NCBI GenBank assembly: GCA_002269645.1
Contig: NIVC01000048.1
Location: 1 to 64,000 of the forward strand
Direction: 5' to 3'
DNA from: Macrostomum lignano
Taxonomy: Eukaryota
DNA: 64,000 bases
Made by a program: the position numbers and the translations under genes. The notes under the pieces were generated by a model. That model was not told the origin of the DNA, searched no databases, and was given only the letters and a program-made list of their open reading frames with translations. This document shows positions 25,530-37,450 of the stretch, piece by piece. The first letter of the stretch is position 1. The number at the start of each line of letters is the position of its first letter.

Positions 25530-25815
25530 ACACTAGAACGACGAGAGCTGAAGATGTTTTTTCTTGAACCAGGAGCCGCACATGTCGGCTGGATTCGCCC
25601 TGAACCGGTTGTTGCATTGGGACTCGGCCACCCCGGCCATGCCGACCGTAGGAGTTTCCACAGAAGTAGTGCGCCAATCACCACTGCGTGCAAAATTACA
25701 GAAACCTTGAGCACATCCGAGTGCACACGCGGACAGTTGTGTCTGAGCTCAGTCGCCACCGTGCGCAGGTCGCGAACTCCGGAGTTTCGGAAACAGCCGA
25801 TGTAGCTGATTCCTG
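25530..25815 (-). pseudogene. WSC domain exon, frameshifted
   Basis: After an AG acceptor: SYIGCFRNSGVRDL, then VCTRMC, YFCGNSYG and QCNNRFRANPADMCGSW in shifting frames. Confidence 0.75.
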
Positions 25816-26222
25816 TCGTGGTTTAATTGTGAGTTTGTATGCTTTGCGGAAGTTTTAGGATGCAGCTTTGCAGGTGGACTACGAATACGCTCGTTATATA
25901 GGGCTTGTTCAGTGGAATGATATATTTTTGCAGCCTAAATGAAGGCCAGAGACGACCGAAGTCAGAGATTATGCAGACACATGTGGTCGAAGAACTGATG
26001 AAAAATAGCAAGGCTTGGCAACGAACGACAGTGTAAATATGCGTAAATGAATGCTGAATGTACTTTTCGTAACAAATTAGTGCTTATGGAAATATTCAGA
26101 TCTCGTGGACTATTCGAATATGTCAACTGACTAGATGTGTGGCGAATTCATTCTTGTTGAAGCAGCTGATGTCGTGTGCATGAATACCTTTGAGCACCCT
26201 CTCCAGTTCTGCCTTGACTGAT

Positions 26223-26440
26223 AGCCTGACAGCTCCCTCATGAACATTCAGTGACTGACAGCCTGACAGCTCCCTCATGAACATTCAGTGACTGACAGCC
26301 TGACAGCTCCCTCATGAACATTCAGTGACTGACAGCCTGACAGCTCCCTCATGAACATTCAGTGACTGACAGCCTGACAGCTCCCTCATGAACATTCAGT
26401 GACTGACAGCCTTACAGCTCCCTCATGAACATTGACTGAC
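26223..26440. repeat. 37-bp tandem repeat, about 6 copies
   Basis: Unit AGCCTGACAGCTCCCTCATGAACATTCAGTGACTGAC, head to tail, no spacers. Confidence 0.95.
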
Positions 26441-27242
26441 CGGACAGGCAGGTCGCGGCCCCAGTCGCCATTCATTTTTCTGTCCGATCCAAAAGCTCCG
26501 CACGCTGCTGATGAACTCAAAACTGCGGCCATTTCAATATTGCCGTCCATATTTGATGCCTGCTCTGTGCCATAAACCAAATGCACTGCTTTCGGATTCT
26601 AAATATAGAATGATGCGACCTGCCACTCGCTCTCAGTGCCAGCTCTGAGGCTCTGCAAGGGTGGCTTGAATGTCATTGAAATGTCAACCAGTGCTTTGTA
26701 GATTTGCCTCATAAAATTCACTTGATCGAGATGTGCGTGCGTTTCAGCAGCAAGGTGGATTAAGGCAGGAAGTACAGAAATAAAATAGGTCATGGGTTCG
26801 AAATATTGTGCAGAAATTCAAAAATTCAAGTCAGCAGTTTGGACTTATAATAATTTCCGTAGGCATCAGAACTTTCTAAACGAGTTTTAAAGTTCCTCAA
26901 GTACTTTTATTTTGCATTTGCACTTGCGGACATTGAAAATTCCTACTAGAACCGAATATCTGGGGCATAAAAATGAAGTGAGCTAATGTTACTACTTAAA
27001 GTAAGTGCGGTCACATACAGCTTTGATTTTAGCAGTGCTACATTAACATAACTGATTCTGTACACGAAAGCAGAAATGTAAAGCTCGGTGCAGTGAGCTT
27101 AACATTGCAAGCAAAACAATTTCGAATACAATGCACTAAGGCACTACTCAGTCAGTAGTTGGCGGGAATGTGGTTGCACTTTATTTAAAACAAAAAGACA
27201 TCAATGGCAAAAAAGACAATGCCTCGGCTGTCCTCTGATTCA

Positions 27243-27630
27243 CCCTGTTGCTATCTGGTAGCTACCCTGTTGCTATCTGGTTGCTACCCTGTTGCTATCT
27301 GGTAGCTACCCTGTTGCTATCCGGTTGCTACCCTGCTGCTATCTGGTAGCTACCCTGTTGCTATCTGGTTGCTACCCCGTTGCTATCCGGTTGCTACCCT
27401 GCTGCTATCTGGTAGCTACCCTGTTGCTATCTGGTAGCTACCCTGTTGCTATCCGGTTGCTACGCTGTTGCTATCTGGTTGCTACTGTTGCTATCTGGTT
27501 ACTACCCTGTTGCCATGTGGTTACTACCCTGTTGCTATTTGGTTGCTAACCCTGTTGCTATCTGGTTGCTAACCCTGTTGTTATCTATGTGGTTGCTACC
27601 CTGTTGCTATCCGGTTGCCATCCGGTTGCT
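27243..27630. repeat. 22-bp minisatellite directly downstream of the STIM stop
   Basis: Unit CCCTGTTGCTATCTGGTAGCTA and variants. Confidence 0.95.
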
Positions 27631-27632
27631 AG

Positions 27633-27879
27633 CTATTTATTTTTACTTCGCCGCCTTGCCGAACGCCCGGCAAAAATCGACAGCGCCCGAAGTTTTGCCA
27701 GTTTGCTGCCTGCGGCCGCCTTCGACTTCCTGGCGCCGACGGAGGCGTCGCCAGCGTCCGATGGACTCGACGGGGCAGCGGAGATCAGCGAGGCCGCGCG
27801 GCTGCTGACAGCTTCGGGACCGACGGGCTGCGACTGCTGGCGCTCCGGGGACACCCGAGGAGAGTCCACGTCTGCGTAA
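27633..27879 (-). CDS. STIM: STIM exon 10 with polybasic C-terminus
   Basis: YADVDSPRVSP...KLAKLRALSIFAGRSARRRSKNK stop; phase 2 acceptor. Confidence 0.75.
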
Positions 27880-27916
27880 CTGGGGGGGGGGGATCGATAT
27901 CGAAGGTTGGATGGGG

Positions 27917-29220
27917 ACAGACAGACAGACAGATCATAGACACAAGACGGACACAGCACAGACACAGCACGGACACAGCAGACAGCACGGACACAGCACA
28001 GACACAGCAGACACAGCAAAGACACAGCAGACACAGCACAGACACAGCAGACACAGCAAAGACACAGCAGACACAGCAAAGACACAGCAGACACAGCAGA
28101 CACAGCAAAGACACAGCAGACACAGCAAAGACACAGCACAGTCACAGCGGACACAGCAAAGACACAGCAAACACAGCACAGTCACAGCACAGAGAGCAGA
28201 CACAGCAGACACAGCACAGTCACAGCAGACAGCACAGACACAGCACAGACACAGCAGACACAGCACAGACACAGCAGACAGCACAGTCACAGCAGACACA
28301 GCACAGACAGCACACACAGCACAGACAACAGACACACAGCAGACACAGCAGACAACAGACACACAGCAGACACAGCACAGACAGCAGACACACAGCAGAC
28401 AACAGACACACACAGCAGACAACAGACACACACAGCAGACACAGCACAGACAGCACAGACAGCACAGACAACAGACACACATAGCAGACACAGCAGACAA
28501 CAGACACACACAGCAGACACAGCAGAAACAGCACAGACAGCAGACACACAGCAGACAACAGAACACACACACAGCAGACACAGCAGAAACAGCACAGACA
28601 GCAGACACACAGCAGATAACAGACACACACATAGCAGACACAGCACAGACAGCAGACACACAGCAGACAACAGACACACAGCAGACAACAGACACACACA
28701 GCAGACACAGCAGAAACAGCACAGACAGCAGACACACAGCAGACAACAGAACACACACACAGCAGACACAGCAGAAACAGCACAGACAGCAGACACACAG
28801 CAGACAACAGACACACACAGCAGACACAGCAGAAACAGCACAGACAGCAGACACACAGCAGACAACAGAACACACACACAGCAAACAGAACACACACACA
28901 GCAGACAACAGAACACACACACAGCAGACAACAGAACACACACACAGCAGACAACAGAACACACACACAGCAGACAACAGAACACACACACAGCAGACAA
29001 CAGAACACACACACAGCAGACACAGCAGAAACAGCACAGATAGCAGACACACAGCAGACAACAGAACACACAGCAGACAACAGAACACACACACAGCAGA
29101 CAACAGAACACACACACAGCAGACAACAGAACACACACACAGCAGACAACAGAACACACACACAGCAGACAACAGAACACACACACAGGAGACACAGCGC
29201 AGACAACAGACACACAGCAG
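27917..29220. repeat. CAGCAGACA/ACAC-type degenerate satellite filling STIM intron 9
   Basis: About 1.3 kb of short A/C/G-rich units; explains the spurious long ORFs. Confidence 0.95.
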
Positions 29221-29232
29221 CCGCAGCCTCAC

Positions 29233-29470
29233 CCGTCAGGCACGTGAAACTGAGCCACAGCCAGCAGCTGCTCAGGCCGCTGACCGCAGCTGTGCAGCAG
29301 CAGGTCGGAGCCGGTCTCAAATGACTGAGCCGAGGCCGCCCCTGAAGGCTGCAGCTGCGGGCTGCCGCTGGCATCCGCGGTGGCCTCCGAGCCCGCAGCG
29401 GCGGCGAGAGCGGCAGCGGAGGTCTTCGGCCAAGTGAGGCCGCTGCCGCAGGCTGCAGGGAGAGCGTCCG
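29233..29470 (-). CDS. STIM: STIM exon 9 (low-complexity tail)
   Basis: GC-rich open frame, AG/GT ends, phases 1-2. Confidence 0.7.
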
Positions 29471-29508
29471 CTGAAAAGAAGCAGCCGGATTTTTATAAAG
29501 CTGAATAG

Positions 29509-29840
29509 CCGATATGTATTGAAATAATTATAAATAACCAGTTTTAACCATTGAGTCCAAAAAGTTGTGAACTTGACACTTAAGCAGTACCCGGAAAGCT
29601 TAGATAATCAAATGCCGATACGTATCGAAATGATTATAAATAACCAGTTTTAACGATTGAGTCCAATAAATCTGTGAACTCAGCACTTAGCAGCACCGGA
29701 AAGCTTAGATAATCAACCACCGATATGTATCCAAAAAATAATAAATAACCAGTTCTGACCATAGAGTTCAATAAATCTGTGGACTCGGTACTTAGCAGTA
29801 CCCGGAAAGCTTAGATAATCAATTGCCGATATGTATCGTA
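29509..29840. repeat. About 105-bp tandem repeat, 3 copies, STIM intron 8
   Basis: CCGATATGTAT...CCGGAAAGCTTAGATAATCA recurs at about 29509, 29614, 29719, 29825. Confidence 0.9.
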
Positions 29841-29872
29841 TAAAACTTTATACACTACAAAAAGCTGCTCAC

Positions 29873-29995
29873 CAGGCCTGGCTGAAGATCTCCTGCGCCC
29901 AGCTGCCTGCCGCGGCTGCTGCATGTCGATGTCGCTGTCCAGCAGCCGAAGAGCTGCAGAGCTGATCGGGCGGGCTAGGTGGGCCGGCACTGTGG
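29873..29995 (-). CDS. STIM: STIM exon 8 (low-complexity tail)
   Basis: GC-rich open frame with AG/GT ends and matching phases 1-1. Confidence 0.7.
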
Positions 29996-30343
29996 CTGTA
30001 AGAGGCGGTTTTTTAGGAGAAATTTAATTAAAAATAGTTGCACTTTTTCAGCTTTTCTACTGAAAGTAGCTGACTGAAAAAACAAAGAAGCAAGAAAAAT
30101 TCCGGTCCGATTGTCAAAAAATAAAAATTAGGAATAATTTTCGAATAATTTCGCGTCTGCAACCAGCTCACCATCCTGCGACAGATTTCTTATGTGCAAC
30201 TGGCTTCCTGATAGGTGCCGGGAAACAAACAGGATTTGCTATTGGATTGGACTGACAAGGTGGCGAGACATTCTATTTGTCTAAGATTGTCATATTTACT
30301 CCCGCTGTTTACCCAGACTCAAAAATACCCAGCAACTCCGCAC

Positions 30344-30537
30344 CTCTGTGCCTCAGAACGGCGCCGCCAACAGCCGTGGCGGCAGCGCTGACCGCCGACT
30401 GCGGCGCCTCGGCGGCTCGCTGCGTCACCGCGACGCCTCGCGATGGCTGCTGCATCTCGACGCCCAGCAGCTCCTCGATGCGGGCCCAGCGCTGCATCCG
30501 CTCGGAGACGTCAAGCTTGACTTTGTCGGCGAATTCC
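30344..30537 (-). CDS. STIM: STIM exon 7: SOAR/CAD end
   Basis: VSERMQRWARIEELLGVEM resembles LRERLHRWQQIEILCG; donor position less certain. Confidence 0.85.
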
Positions 30538-30560
30538 CTGCGGAGTGCGGAGCCGGCTTA

Positions 30561-30978
30561 GGGGTCATTGGGGCTGAGCTGGGGCCATTGGGGCTGAGCT
30601 GGGGTCCTTGGGGCTGAGCTGGGGTCCTTGGGGCTGAGCTGGGGTCCTTGGGGCTGAGCTGGGGTCATTGGGGCTGAGCTGGGGCCATTGGGGCTGAGCT
30701 GGGGTCCTTGGGGTTGAGCTGGGGTCATTGGGGCTGAGCTGGGGTCATTGGGGCTGAGCTGGGGTCCTTGGGGCTGAGCTGGGGTCATTGGGGCTGAGCT
30801 GGGGTCATTGGGGCTGAGCTGGGGTCATTGGGGCTGAGCTGGGGCCATTGGGGCTGAGCTGGGGTCATTGAGGCTGAGCTGAGGTCATTGGGGCTGAGAT
30901 GGGGTCATCGGGCTGAACTGGGGCTGAACTGGGGCTGAGCTGGGGCTGAACTGGGGCTGAGCTGGGGCTGAACTGGGG
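30561..30978. repeat. 20-bp G-rich minisatellite, STIM intron 6
   Basis: Unit GGGGTCATTGGGGCTGAGCT. Confidence 0.95.
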
Positions 30979-31471
30979 CGCTTATTGGACCCGATGAAAA
31001 CGGTACCCAGGCTAAGAAGCGCTCCAGAGTCACTTGCGTGGCCCCAGAGTCGTTTCAGAATGGCTGCAGGTAACACAGGTAAAACAGGAAAGAAGTGACT
31101 CTAGACGACGAGATGTCACGGTACCTCAGATAGTCGCCTAAGTATCAATCTGCGACTCTGAAACGACTCTGGGGCGCTTCTATAATGACACTGAGGCCGT
31201 AGAATCGTATTTTTGAGGCGTGCTGGAGTCGTAAAATCACTGAGTTTGCGTCACTTTATAAATTAGAATCGCATTTTGCATTTATAACAATTTATAACTC
31301 GATTCAGTCTACTTGAGTTAGTAGAAAGTTAAGCGCTAACACAAAGACTCTTAAGATTCTGGAGCTCACGTGATACAAATTCACAAGAGTCGATAAAGTC
31401 ACTAGTGAGTTGATTGCAATCACTCTTTTCAGGGGTGCTAAGCTGGGGCATCAATCAGTACAGAAACTCAC

Positions 31472-31578
31472 TTGGCCTCAGCAATGCTCATCTCAAAGGT
31501 GCCAACCATTTCGGCAGAATTGAAGGCGCCCCTGAGCACGCCAATCGCTGAGTTCTGCTTCCGTCTCAGCCGCTCCAG
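31472..31578 (-). CDS. STIM: STIM exon 6: SOAR/CAD
   Basis: LERLRRKQNSAIGVLRGAFNS..AEAK; AG/GT ends. Confidence 0.88.
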
Positions 31579-31653
31579 CTGAAAGAGGATGATAGCAAAT
31601 GAGCAGTTGGAAGCCGCAGAGCAGAAAATCCTGAACAAGACAGCAGCTCTCAC

Positions 31654-31908
31654 CCCTTCAGATGCTTTGGCCAGTCTCAGCTCAGCCTGCTGCCAGTTCT
31701 GCCGGCAGTACCTGAGCTCACTCTCCCAGGTCAGCTGCAGCAGAGTCCACAGCTCCGGTGACACCGCAGCGGCTGCGGGTCTTCGCTGGGACTCAGTTTC
31801 CAGAGCGGCTCTGAGCTGGCAGACCTCCTGCTCTGCAAGACGAAGCTTCTCTGCCAGATCTGTTTCCGTGGTGTTCAGCCGCTGACTCGAGAGCCGCCCG
31901 GCCTCTGC
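31654..31908 (-). CDS. STIM: STIM exon 5: CC1 end and SOAR/CAD start
   Basis: LRLAEQEVCQLRAALE, PELWTLLQLTWESELRY..AELRLAKASEG. Confidence 0.9.
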
Positions 31909-31911
31909 CTG

Positions 31912-32718
31912 CGGTGTGGGAGTGACTCACTGCGGTGTGGGAGTGACTCACTGCGGTGTGGGAGTGACTCACTGCGGTGTGGGAGTGACTCACTGCGGTG
32001 TGGGAGTGACTCACTGCGGTGTGGGAGTGACTCACTGCGGTGTGGGAGTGACTCACTGCGGTGTGGGAGTGACTCACTGCGGTGTGGGAGTGACTCACTG
32101 CGGTGTGGGAGTGACTCACTGCGGTGTGGGAGTGACTCACTGCGGTGTGGGAGTGACTCACTGCGGTGTGGGAGTGACTCACTGCGGTGTGGGAGTGACT
32201 CACTGCCGTGTGGGAGTGACTCACTGCCGTGTGGGAGTGACTCACTGCGGTGTGGGAGTGACTCACTGCAGTGTGGGAGCGACTCACTGCGGTGTGGGAG
32301 TGACTCACTGCCGTGTGGGAGTGACTCACTGCGGTATGGGAGTGACTCACTGCAGTGTGGGAGTGACTCACTGCGGTGTGGGAGTGACTCACTGCCGTGT
32401 GAGAGTGACTCACTGCGGTATGGGAGTGACTCACTGCGGTGTGGGAGTGACTCACTGCCGTGTGGGAGTGACTCACTGCGGTGTGGGAGTGACTCACTGC
32501 AGTGTGGGAGCGACTCACTGCGGTGTGGGAGTGACTCACTGGGGTGTGGGAGTGACTCACTGCAGTGTGGGAGTGACTCACTGCGGTGTGGGAGTGACTC
32601 ACTGGGGTGTGAGAGTGACTCACTGCGGTATGGGAGTGACTCACTGCAGTGTGGGAGTGACTCACTGCAGTGTGGGAGTGACTCACAGCGGTGTGGGAGT
32701 GACTCACTTTGGTGTGGG
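31912..32718. repeat. 21-bp minisatellite, about 38 copies, STIM intron 4
   Basis: Unit GGTGTGGGAGTGACTCACTGC. Confidence 0.97.
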
Positions 32719-32759
32719 ACTAACGATCATTTCAGAGATCTACCAGCTCAAAGACTCAC

Positions 32760-32850
32760 CTTCAGACTGTCGATCTCTTTCTGATAAACATCCTGGAGGC
32801 GAAGTCGCTCCGCTCTGTCGAGCTCTCGCTGTTGCTCAGATCTGCTGAGC
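32760..32850 (-). CDS. STIM: STIM exon 4: coiled coil
   Basis: LSRSEQQRELDRAERLRLQDVYQKEIDSLK; phases consistent. Confidence 0.85.
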
Positions 32851-32886
32851 CTGATGTGGGCAGTTTGACAGGAATTGGAGACTTCA

Positions 32887-32894
32887 TCTGTCTA

Positions 32895-32933
<39 letters not shown>

Positions 32934-33002
32934 GCCCGTCTGTCTATCTGTCTGTCTGCCTGCCTGTCTGTCTGTTTCTCTGTCTGTCTCTCTGTCTGTC
33001 TC

Positions 33003-33047
<45 letters not shown>

Positions 33048-33050
33048 GTC

Positions 33051-33083
<33 letters not shown>

Positions 33084-33090
33084 GTGCCTA

Positions 33091-33133
<43 letters not shown>

Positions 33134-33154
33134 GCCTGTCTGTCTGTCAGTCTG

Positions 33155-33213
<59 letters not shown>

Positions 33214-33241
33214 AGTGTGTTTGTTTTGTCTGTCTGTCTGT
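32887..33241. repeat. (CTGT)n microsatellite, STIM intron 3
   Basis: Directly visible. Confidence 0.97.
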
Positions 33242-33610
33242 CCTATTATGCTCTTAATTACGCAAATTTCTAATAACGAGCATATTGAACCAAAAAATGC
33301 TAAGCAAGCTACGCATACACATTCAACCTGTAAGTCAGCATAGCAACTCGCAGCTTTACTCCAGGTAAACAACCGCAGTTCTAGAATGTCAACACAAATT
33401 CCATACAGTACTCAATCACCCCCAGCTCTCAACAACACCTGAGCACCCGCAGCCCCAGTTCGCTAAAACTGGTCTAAAGCGCCGACATTCACAGTCTGCA
33501 ACTGCGCATATCAGGCAGCCCTGCCCACCAAAAGCAAGCCAAAGCAGAGCTAGCAAAAGGCCAGCACTTAAATCACTGAAAGCAGCATTGAAAATGTGTC
33601 GTGAGCTCAC

Positions 33611-33785
33611 TTCTCCTGCAGGTCTCCCAGCGACCTCTCGGCATGGTGGAGGCTGTCCAGCTCCGCAAACACCCGCCTTCGCTGCCGGTCTGTCAGCCGC
33701 AGCTGCGCCCACACTGTCCAGGCACCGCCCAGACTGGCCAGCAGGCACAGCACCGTCAGGAAGTCTTTCAGGGGGTTGTGCGCTC
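33611..33785 (-). CDS. STIM: STIM exon 3: transmembrane helix and start of CC1
   Basis: HNPLKDFLTVLCLLASLGGAW...LDSLHHAERSLGDLQE; AG/GT ends. Confidence 0.92.
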
Positions 33786-33985
33786 CTGGGGATTGCAAGG
33801 GGGCTGCTGAGTGAGCTGGGGCTGGAACTGAGGCTGGGAGTGGGACTGGGACTCGGACTGGGACTCGGAATGGAAATGGGACTGGGACTCGGACTGGGAC
33901 TGAAGATGTGACAAAATACATGCAATGAACAAGAAGCCCTACAAAGAGACACAGTGCCAAGGATAACCCAGCAGCAGCCACTCAC

Positions 33986-34192
33986 TCCCCGGCGGCCCGA
34001 ACAGCACCAGGTCGGTCGCCCTGATCGTCAGCTTCCGCTTCTCCGTAGGGCTGAGCGCCTGCGCCAGCGGGCCACGGAGGGGTGCGGGCTGAGCTCTGTG
34101 AGCAGCGGCAGGTGCGGCCCGTCAATGCCGAGCTCTCTGGCCAGGGGCACCAGCTGGCCCAGGGAGGCGTGGGCTGAGAGCCAGCTGCACAC
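33986..34192 (-). CDS. STIM: STIM exon 2: SAM domain (one-base frameshift in this sequence)
   Basis: VCSWL...IDGPHLP then, in another frame, KRKLTIRATDLVLFGPP; 207 nt where 3n+1 is needed. Confidence 0.88.
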
Positions 34193-34217
34193 CTGCGGGT
34201 GGGTGGGGTGGGTGGGC

Positions 34218-34262
<45 letters not shown>

Positions 34263-34275
34263 CAGATAGCCCTAC

Positions 34276-34764
34276 CTCCTCAACAGTCCAGTTGTGCACC
34301 TCTGACGCCCGCCAGGCCCGCCAAAGGTCCAAGGCGTTGCCTTTCCCGCCGCCGCCTTTTCTGCTACCAAAAGCAGCAGCCGCGGCGGTGTCGGCGGGGC
34401 TCTGCCCGGCAGCATTGGAGCCGCTGTACACCCGCTCGAAGCTGTGCACCTGACTGAGCTCCTCTCTGGCGAAGCCGTCCAGCTCGGCGGCATCAACGCT
34501 GCCATCTTTGTCGTCGTCCAGGGCAGCGTGCAGGCGGCGCAGCGCCTCCAAGGAGGCGGCATCCAGCCGGCAGACGCGGGCATCAACCGCGAACCTGCAG
34601 GCGGCGACAGCGGCTGTTCCATCGTCCAGCGAGGACTCGGCGGGATTCGCGGGCTGCGATTGGCTGGCGAGGTAGTAGGCAGGCCGGGACTGCGAAGCCG
34701 CGGCAAGCGCCACCATCAGAACCAGCGTGCTGACTATGCCGAATGCTGACAGCCGCCGACTCAT
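34276..34764 (-). CDS. STIM: STIM exon 1: signal peptide, Cys pair, EF-hand
   Basis: Hydrophobic N-terminus, CRFAVDARVC, LDDDKDGSVDAAE EF loop, DLWRAWRASEVHNWTVEE; GT donor at 34275; 489 nt. Confidence 0.93.
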
Positions 34765-37450
34765 ATTGGAAGCATTTTTTGCTGTCTTCTTGTTAGGGAC
34801 TCTTCTAAAAGTAACTTTGTGGTGAATTGGTTCTGGGGTTCATGCAACAGAAAAAATCAATACAAAATTGTGAACTTCATTAGCATTGTAAACAGTAAAA
34901 ATGCATAATAATAAAGTTTTATACCTTAGGCTTTAAAATTGAATCCAGAGTTAACTATACTTAATTTCTATATTATAGAAAATTTTCAATCTTGCATTAC
35001 TAATATTTGTGTGATTTTTATTACTTCCTAGTTTTCTTTCACAATCAACTAACTTTGAATTTTGCCTAGCCAGTGCAATAGTTTTTCTACAAAAAATGCA
35101 ATATACTTGTATCGTTAAAGGGCCTATATCAATAGCTTTCTTTGGCTTTAAGTATTTAACAAACATACAAACCTTAGAGATTTAGTATAGTTAGATGGTT
35201 CATCTCTCTTTTAATTTTTTAATCACTGATATAAATTTTCTCTTTTTCTTTTACTTGTATGTTTTCTATTGTTTTATTCATTTTATTTCTTTGTCCTATA
35301 TATCTCTCTCATAAGTTTTGGTATTTAGTTGATTACTTTTATAAGATATATCTGCCTTGGCCATCTTCTCACCTTGCTATATTGGCTTGGCCGTATATTG
35401 CATAGGCATGATTTTGCTATCATTAAAAATATTACCTAATTTAATTTATACCTATATTTTTAACTTGCATCTTTAATGGATAAATGCAAAATACATGTGA
35501 ATGATTTGATATTTCATTAAAATAATTTGAAAGTTGAATTCTATTTAACCATAATGAATCTATACTATAATGTTTAGGTTTTTGTTTTGCTCAGAGGTTG
35601 GAAAACTATTTTAGCCATAAAGGCCAGATAGAGAATTTAGTGCATGACTAGATAATCCAGAGGAAGAAAGGAACTTTTGTGTCCCAAAAGTTCCCAGAAT
35701 TTTGGCTATAGCTTCTCAGTAAAATAACCAATTTTTATATTGTATATGTCAAACTGAAGACAATTTTTCAATGAAAACTTGTCATTTGAATTTTCTTTCT
35801 ATCTGGTTTTGGTTAAGAGTTATACCAGGAAATGTGAAGGAAGGTCAGAACTAATATTGCACAACCTCGAATGTCTGTGGTGTCTTTTTTCCATAATCAT
35901 TTTTTTGTAAAATTCAACTTTGAATTTGTCAGAAAGGTATGGAAACATCTAGGGGTAAAAACAATTAAAATTGCTGATTAGATCTAGTGGTGCCAGCGCC
36001 AGCTTATTCCATACCAATTGCTTGCTTTTGGCTTAAGGTTTAAAGATAAGTTCTCTCCATAGCCTTGAAAGTCAGTGGAGTCAAGTTTTTGCTTTGTGGG
36101 TTCAGCGAGAATGTGGCTGCTAGTCATTTAAAGTGAACTGACCATCTTTTAACTGTTAGATGTATCCTTAAATAGGTGTTTTTAATGCTGTTCTCACTGT
36201 GGATTGAGAAATTATATAGGCAATTTTAGCCCTATCCCATCCTGCAAACTATACAGTGGATAGCAGAATCAAAGATGTTGTTGTCATGAAGCAAAGTGAC
36301 TTTTATGCAGTCATTGACAACCAAAACAATCTTCTGCTTCCAACAAAAGAAGCTTTGCAGAACTACGCAATAGAAAGAAGTGTAAGTACAATTGCAAATA
36401 TAAATACTTGTATATTAACTATTAAGAAAAAATACAATCCATTTTGTTACTACCACTATCCAATCCAACAATTAGAAAAGAACAAAAATTCTGATTCCAA
36501 TATTGCCGAGCCATTTTTGGTTTGTAGCATTGTAGCAATCCTTTTTGATAAGAAAAAAATCTACTCACTGGACTCAATGAAGTGCACTGGCAGAAGAAAA
36601 AATAATAGAGTTGAGGAAATAGCAAGAAAGTGGAAGTAAGGAATATACCAAGCCTAAAATTATTTTATTAAACTCCATGCAAATCTTTGCATCCATAAAA
36701 TTCATTTTATGGTTTTAGTGCACTATTCCTATTGTTAGATATCATTATCAACAGATATTTTGGCCCACTCATTGCTAACTCCTAGAGGGAAAGCTCTGCA
36801 CTTTCCTTTTGGATTTGCATGCAGCAAATAGACTCCAACTCCTGTGGCATTTTTGTTTTGCTCTTTGGTAGAAATTTGTTGCTTGGTAGGTGCACTTAAT
36901 ATGCCTAATGTGCAACCAAAGCTCTGTTGCACAAGGCATTATGAAGACAGCAATAACCAATTTTGACAAAAGATCAAAACCAAAACACATGCCACAGTTG
37001 CCATTTAGAAGAACCCTATTCTATGAGTACAATTGAGTGGGTAAGTTACATTGAAAATTAATGCCTTGAATTGAGATAATTCATGTAAGTATCTACAAGC
37101 ATATATGGGACATAGCTATACCACATAAAATCTGCAGATTGAGTCCCCTTTGTGCCTCTTCTGGTTTCACAAGTCTTGCTAGACTTGACAACAAGACTAG
37201 AGCAACAAGGTGTGTGTCACATACATTAATTTGGACAGCTAACAGTTATATTTGTTTATACTAAATTTACATTTATATTTCCAAAAATATTCTAGCTTTA
37301 TTGTTCTTTCCTTTCAACTATGATATTAACTCTGATTATATATACATAGTGTAAGACGACATTTACATAAATATAGTTGTTTCTAATAAGTTATTATTAA
37401 TTGTTTCAAGAAAATGCTTGCAACATTTTACAATAAACTTATGTCAACAA

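Noticed and set aside
26223-26440. 37-bp repeats of CRISPR-like length
   Set aside because: Units are contiguous with no unique spacers, no cas genes, eukaryotic context.
27911-29437. Long ORFs of 300-500 aa (Thr/Gln/His or Cys/Val/Leu rich)
   Set aside because: Products of a stop-poor intronic satellite inside STIM intron 9.
31793-33273. SHSHTAV, GVTHCGV and VCLS repeat ORFs
   Set aside because: Translations of the 21-mer and (CTGT)n intronic repeats.
34900-37440. AT-rich region with ORF 36256-36639 and short minus-strand ORFs
   Set aside because: No recognisable domain or termini; may be an old DNA transposon but unsupported.
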